Positions 53,401 through 64,000 of a stretch of 64,000 nucleotides of DNA are shown one piece after another. The notes under the pieces were generated by a model that ran no database searches, was not told where the DNA came from, and was given only the letters and a program-made list of their open reading frames with translations. Within the stretch, counting starts at the first letter, position 1. The number at the start of each line of letters is the position of its first letter. Where the stretch lies: positions 43,958,001 to 44,022,000 of the forward strand of contig CM114271.1 of NCBI GenBank assembly GCA_050084515.1, given 5' to 3'. The DNA comes from Blasia pusilla. Lineage: Eukaryota. A program made the position numbers and the translations under genes.

Positions 53401-54817
53401 CAGATCTGTCTCGTTCACAGGACTTTCTGGGCAGAGGATCAAGGCAGGTACCAATAGCTCCATCGCGCTCACTTGGGGACGGTCTGATGGCTGCCGATAC
53501 GATTGCGTCAGCTTCAGAATGCAGAGTGGCCATTCCCGATGGGAATCCGGGATCAAGAACTCCGCCACCGGTAGTAGCGTCGACACGATTCGCCAGCCAC
53601 CACACAGACGCTCAAAAGTTTTTGCGAAATAAGGTGACAGTAGCAGATTTCTCTCCTTCACACGACAAAGAACTGAGTACCACTGGATTTTTAGGCATTA
53701 AATTCCTGCCATTCGAAAGGGAGTCAGCACTAGCCCCAAGTGCGTGTTTACCTGCAAGTGATCAGATATCCGGGGTAGAAGAGACTGACTCTACTGTCGT
53801 CTCAGCCCCACGGAGCGATGAGACCGTGGGCGCTGGTCTTCAAAGGAATGAGGGTGCAGGTAACCCGGTGACCACGGGGGTAAACCTTGTGTCTGAAGCT
53901 TGGATGTATAAACCCACGAAGCTGCCAACTGAAAAGTTCCAGAAGGTGAAGGAGAAGAACCGGCGCATTGGGTCTGCCATTGAGAGAAAGCTTGAGCACA
54001 TGGAAAGAGTGGCCATCTCAGTGGCTACCAAGGGTGAGCTCTCGAACAGAAGCTCGGTGGTAGCTGAAGTTCGCTCCAAAGCCGAGACCGCTGCCGCAGC
54101 AGCATCACCGACGTCTGTGTCGATGGATGATCAAGGGGAATCCATTTCCGATCGTGTCGATGTCGATATGATGGAAGTGTGTACGCCAGTTCACTCAGCA
54201 AAGAATGCGAGAGAGATCCCCGCATCAACCTTGAGTCCACTAGATGGTAATCTACCACTTGGAATGGAGGCCGTGGGACCGTCGCCGAAACCAAGCACTC
54301 CGAAGTCATCGGGCTCCTTTTTGGATGAGATTCTCCGGCAGACTAGTGTTGGCAAGGAAAATATCGCCAGCAGTATTTGTGCGAAGGAGAATGACAGGTT
54401 GAGAAGGCACCAAGAACTACACAAAACCCCACTAACGGGAAGGTCGAAAGAAAAGGCCCTCAGAGCTGCTGAGATCAAAGCTGCGTGCCACAGGGAAAAG
54501 ATTTTGAGGAATCGTCGTGGGTTCCTCCAAGAGACGGATTTGGAGGCGAGCTTGGTGAGTGCATGGACATACTCTTTTCTTTTTGCTTTGAGCGTACAGA
54601 AATCTCCTATCGTTTTGACTTCCTGGAACTCGACTGAAATCATCCCTCAAAGAATGCATAATAATAGATCTGAAAGTACACAATTTTTTCATTGTGGAGG
54701 TTATGTGCGTGAAGAGATGAAAGATATTTTGTGTCCAGTTTTCCTAAGTGCGACTGTGTCTAGCAGAGCACCTCAGCAAACCAATCCAAGCAAGTGGGAC
54801 TCAGCAGACTGTTGTGA
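50467..54817 (+). CDS. Uncharacterised plant protein with an N-terminal SAP/HeH-like module and a long acidic/Ser-rich disordered body. Exons approx. 50467-50610, 50901-50999, 51182-52711, 52832-52869, 52967-54554, 54764-54817 (last exon uncertain)
   Basis: FHELPRKRLQSLCKKHGFPANKTNQAMADAL N-terminal motif and FVSSDEGVRLFVDLN internal motif. GT-AG junctions with compatible phases join two stop-free exons of about 1.5 kb each. Confidence 0.8.
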
Positions 54818-56904
54818 GTGCAAAATCATTTACGCCACATCTGTCTGCATAAAACGTCAGGTACATACATACCAGCAACTTTCAGAGACCAACAATTAAT
54901 TTCCTTGATGTTGCCACGCTATCACTACTGAGAAAAGTTAGCCAAGGGAAACTACACATGAAATTATAACTGTTTTGAGTGCTGTTGTCTCATCACTGCT
55001 CTGTTGAACGACACACCAGATGGAGTTGTTTGGGGACGTGCCGAATGCGTGAAGATTGAACGAAGTAAAAGCTTGTATGTGTTGAGGGTGGTACAGCGTG
55101 CAGCGCGGGCGTCCATCATTTTCCCGGCTTGAGTTGAATATGGCAAGGCTATGACTATCTATGAGCAAACCCCTGCATCAGTCCCAAGGTCGGAACCAGG
55201 CAGGGCTACAACGGATACGAGGGCATTTACAGAGTGGACGAGCCCAATGTGGGAAAGGTTTGAATAGGAAAGTGTTTGTGCGGATGCCATTGGGGCAACG
55301 CCGTCAAATCTACAATTAACTCAATTGGAGGCAGGCTTTCTAGAGGTCGGACTAGTGAGGAAGCTACGTACCATTATCAACAGGCAACCAAAAGGTTTCC
55401 CTTTTTTGGAAGTCAGGAAGCTATCTGACTTTTATTGCTAGCGTCTTGAAGGGAAAGAAGGAAAGCAGAGATAGACGACCAGGGCGACATATCCTGGTCG
55501 TCTATTTGACATGAGAGATGACCACATTGGTCAAGAAGTTCTTCTAAGGCAGAATAAAAGTAACTAGCACAATCGTGCTTTCCCATAAGTGAATTTCTTC
55601 ATCTGTGTGATGTACGCATCGGTGTCAAGTCCCGTTAACTTGCCTCTTGCCAAAAAGACGAACCATGTGATTTCTTTTCCAAGGGTTAATTGGACTCTAT
55701 GACTAAAACACATCCATCGTAAACGATGAATATTCAAGGATATGGCATTGTTGTCCCCGAGATTAGGGGGCAAGAAAGACTTTCTAACATTCCAAATATT
55801 TAGAAGAAGCTGGATGTGTTCAATCGTCCTAGTTGAACATATAAATAGTAGTTATTCATCTCAATTTTGCTCCGATTGCCGCTTGAAAGGAAAAGAGGAT
55901 TTAGAAAATAAGATGGTAGACATGAATGAATCGAGGAGCTACGACTTAGTATGGGATGTCAAATAAGAAAGAAACTCAAGCATGTAAATGATCCTGCGTT
56001 CTATTTTGTTCGATTATGACGCAAGAGCGGGACTAAAGAAAAACACGATCTCTACGAGGAGGAATATTACTCTTTTGGCAACTTCTTTCCCAAAGACGTG
56101 GATTCCTTTCAGATTAAGATTAAACTCCCTCAAGCATCCACACTAAATTTTGAGCTCGAGAACCTCCCCTCTCAACACAATTGGGCAAGTCACTCATACA
56201 ATTGAGACACAGAAATTTAACTGCATGAGGAGATGTGAACGAGTCGTTGGAAGACTTCTTACAATTGCAATAAGGACGGGAGATCTCACTAAATGATGTT
56301 GTAAAGTGGAAAAACAACAAAGGTTTGTACTTATGTAATAATGGAAGAAAGCATCATTTATAAAAAGAGTATGAAAAAAAGTGAGAAAGAAATCAAGGAG
56401 AGAGACACGTGAAAGGGAAAGGAAATTTTTTCGGATCAATTTGAAGAATCCCATTTCCACATTTCTAACAAATGTGAATACTACGGAAACGTCAAAATTA
56501 ACTAGAAAGGTAATAAAAGCAAATATTCCTTAATATAGTGCAACCTCATATCTGATAGTGTTCATTAAAACCCATTTCTCAACATGTCGCACCTTTTGGA
56601 GACTATGCAAAGGTGCTCATGCAAAGGTGCTCTATGTCTATCTTCCATTTGGTTACACCAGTAAGGACGCGGTTGTCAAATTTTATAATGATAAAGAATA
56701 TTGCATAAAAACATAAATTTTTTATTATTTTATTATAACAATATTTCAGAATTATCAAAATTTCAATAAAATTCTAACCAAGATAATTCAACAAGATTAA
56801 AAAGTAAATTCTAACGATTTCTTAAAAAAAAATCAAATTTGAAAAATCCTAAATTATTCCCATAACTGCATTTTTCTAGGTCCACTGCGTAGCTCATCTC
56901 TTCC

Positions 56905-57092
56905 TTGCCGACATGTTGTTAAGTCCAGGGTTCTTGACCCCTAATTTTCCCCTCCTTTTTTTGCCGACGCTCGCCGATATATTGTTAAGTCCAGGGCTCT
57001 TGCCCCCTAATTTTCCCCTAATTTTTTTTCCGACGCTCATATCTTCCTCCGTTGATATATTGTTAGTTCCAGGCCCTTGCCCCCAAATTTTC
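56905..57092. repeat. Three diverged copies of a ~50-bp motif
   Basis: GATATATTGTTAAGTCCAGGGCTCTTGCCCCCTAATTTTCC-like text near 56910, 56975 and 57053. Confidence 0.75.
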
Positions 57093-58105
57093 CACTCATG
57101 TAGGGGAGCTTGCGCGCGCTCGCGTGGGACAAACTCGATTGCTCTTCCTGTAGAAAAAATCACACGAGCCGGTCCACAGGGTACGTGCGCACGAATTCCT
57201 CGAACAGACCCGAGCATACAAAATTTGCAACAAGTGGCCCAATGCCTCCCATCTTCCCACCACAAGGGGTTGAACCAATGGGTCCGAGATGCCCTAGCAA
57301 GCCTTCCACAATTCCACCTTGTTGTCAAAGGCATGAAGTTTGTGTTAGTCTCTCGCTGTGCGTCTCAGTTGTGAGTCCCTCACACTCCATAACTCCTTCC
57401 AAATGGAGTTCGATCGATGCGCGGCCTTCATCCCTCTGCGCGAGTCTCGGGAGCGGCTACTGGGGAGTGGGGGAGGTCACGGAGGTGGCCAGGACGTAGC
57501 AGCTACTCCAATTCACTGAGAAAAGACCAGTGTGGATGTTCAGCCGACGAGACTCAGAAAGTCAAACTGAAGGGCAAGGAAGTATACAAGAGATTTGCAA
57601 GAAGGAAGCAATTCAAATTTGGTAGTGTCCTTGGATTGAGGACTTTACATATAAAATTATTGGAGCTAAGACGGATGAAAGGTAGGATCCTGCCGTAACT
57701 CCCCGAGACACATCCTCCTTTCATCACCCATCCTGTCTTCTATCACAACGCTACCATATTCCACGACTCAAAACTACATTTATGCCAACAACAACCTGTT
57801 CAACCCTAAATACACCGGGATTTCAACACTCACTCACCACAAATTACAAACCTCACAGTTCTGAGAAGCTACTCTCTACTACTACTAGGCCTCCACTCCT
57901 CTCCTTCCTCGACATCATTCGCATTTTCAAATTTTTGACAAAATGTTTGCTCTTGGCATTCTCCTCTCTCATTAATTCTCATTCTTCTGCCCTGAAATCC
58001 CGACCGTCGCCCTATTTTCTTCCCCTTGTGAGCATTGTGTCTTTTCTTGCTTGTCGTTGGGGATATTCCTTAGATTCGTTTGATTGAATGTCCTCGCATT
58101 GTCCC

Positions 58106-58108
<3 letters not shown>

Positions 58109-58147
<39 letters not shown>
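58109..58147. repeat. (CT)n microsatellite at the LINE 5' flank
   Basis: Pure TC run. Confidence 0.98.
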
Positions 58148-58148
<1 letters not shown>

Positions 58149-58158
58149 ACTCTGACGT

Positions 58159-62767
<4,609 letters not shown>

Positions 62768-62866
62768 GCTGGAGATGGTCAAGTCATTCTTCTTGTGTTC
62801 TTGATAGAGCACAAGGCAACATTGCTACTAGGTTCTTGGCTGTGGGAGGTGGGGGGCACGAGCATT

Positions 62867-63022
62867 AGAGAGCTCAAATTCAACCCGAATCAACACTAGC
62901 GGGAACTATAAAAGCTCCCCATCGGCGTTGAAGGAATGAATTCTAGAGAGCTCAGATTCAACCAAAAATCAACACTGGCGGGAACTGTAAAAGCTCCCCA
63001 TTGGTGTTGAAGGAATAAGTTC
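62867..63022. repeat. Two-copy ~78-bp tandem duplication
   Basis: TAGAGAGCTCA.ATTCAACC...AATCAACACT.GCGGGAACT.TAAAAGCTCCCCAT.GG.GTTGAAGGAAT occurs twice. Confidence 0.9.
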
Positions 63023-64000
63023 TCTTCAAGTGTCATTCTTCCGTGGGAGTGACTTCACATCCGCATAGACGGATGCTGGGAACCCTCAACAGGAGCTACA
63101 AATGGACACCAAATACACTCACTTATTAGAAAATTACCTTCCTGCTGGTAGCTTGGAATTCAGCGTTCATTCACCACATCCTCCTCAGCTAATATTAGCT
63201 CCACCTCGCCCCACCTTCGTCTACGCTGCTGATTTACTCCTTCTCCAGAGTAGGTAAGAGGTTACATTTATATGCAGTAGAGGGGATTAGATGGGCATCT
63301 CATGGCCCTCTCCTTTGATAGTTAGACACTTTCGTATAGAGGGGAGGGATGACTCCATCTATTTCCCTTGTTACAGAAATTTCTTCCTATCTCCCTCCAG
63401 AAATTTTGTGTCACGGGGAAGGGCATTCATCCTTCTTTTGTTCCCTCTCCAACCATTATGGTCTCAAGAGAGGGACACACACTTCCTTCTTCCCACACTA
63501 AATGGATGACGAGGACATTTCCATCCTTTTGTCCCCTTCTCTTGAAATTCTCTTTGTTTTGTTTAATTTTGTTTTGTGTGGATTCAGAGCATAAATTTTT
63601 CTGATGCTTTGAAATGTGATGGTAAAGTAGAAAGTGGCACTTTCATCTCTACTCTCTGAATCTCTATGGACTGGTTTAAGTGGTAATATATCCAAAGGGC
63701 ATACAATACTTCTAATGCCACTTCAATTCACTCCATGCTAGAGGTAGTTGGCATCTATATTAATATGGAAGAGTATCCTCTTAATTTTTGAACACCTCTC
63801 CTTCTAACACGCATTTTCAGCCAACCCGGTTCAACCAACCGGGCAATTGGGTTCAATTTTGGAGGTCAGGTAAGTCAATTAGTCAATTTTGGGCTGACCA
63901 GACAAGTCAATCAGTCCAACAACAATATTCCTAGTACCATCATGGCTTGCTTAATATAAAGATTAGTTAGGATCTCTCCTAATATAAAAACTTGTGTAGA

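Noticed and set aside
51205-54692. Long antisense ORFs opposite the large gene
   Set aside because: Shadow frames of the plus-strand exons with no recognisable motifs

Overview
This is eukaryotic, repeat-rich land-plant DNA, most likely a bryophyte: the embedded 5S rRNA sequence is of liverwort/hornwort type as I recall it. Two host genes are present: an intact 5-exon GDSL esterase/lipase (minus strand, 7378-5761) and a large, mostly disordered protein with an N-terminal SAP/HeH-like module (plus strand, about 50467-54817). Nearly everything else is decayed transposon material: a CRE-like RT+RLE non-LTR element, two hAT transposase remnants, a P-like DDE transposase with an inverted exon block, gypsy integrase relics, a ~180-bp tandem array containing a solo LTR with a 5-bp TSD, and a telomere-motif satellite. 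Two elements stand out. (1) A Ty3/gypsy retrotransposon (about 38272-47008) has a DNMT3-like C5-cytosine methyltransferase domain between protease and RT, a PHD finger at the integrase C-terminus, and an odd A...B-A-B terminal repeat layout. (2) An APE-RT LINE (58159-62566) starts with a near full-length 5S rRNA sequence and sits in (CT)n microsatellite, as does its 5'-truncated copy at 27783-28411. Both are degenerate copies, so any function is inferred for the family, not for these loci. All calls come from motif reading by eye; no database searches were run.
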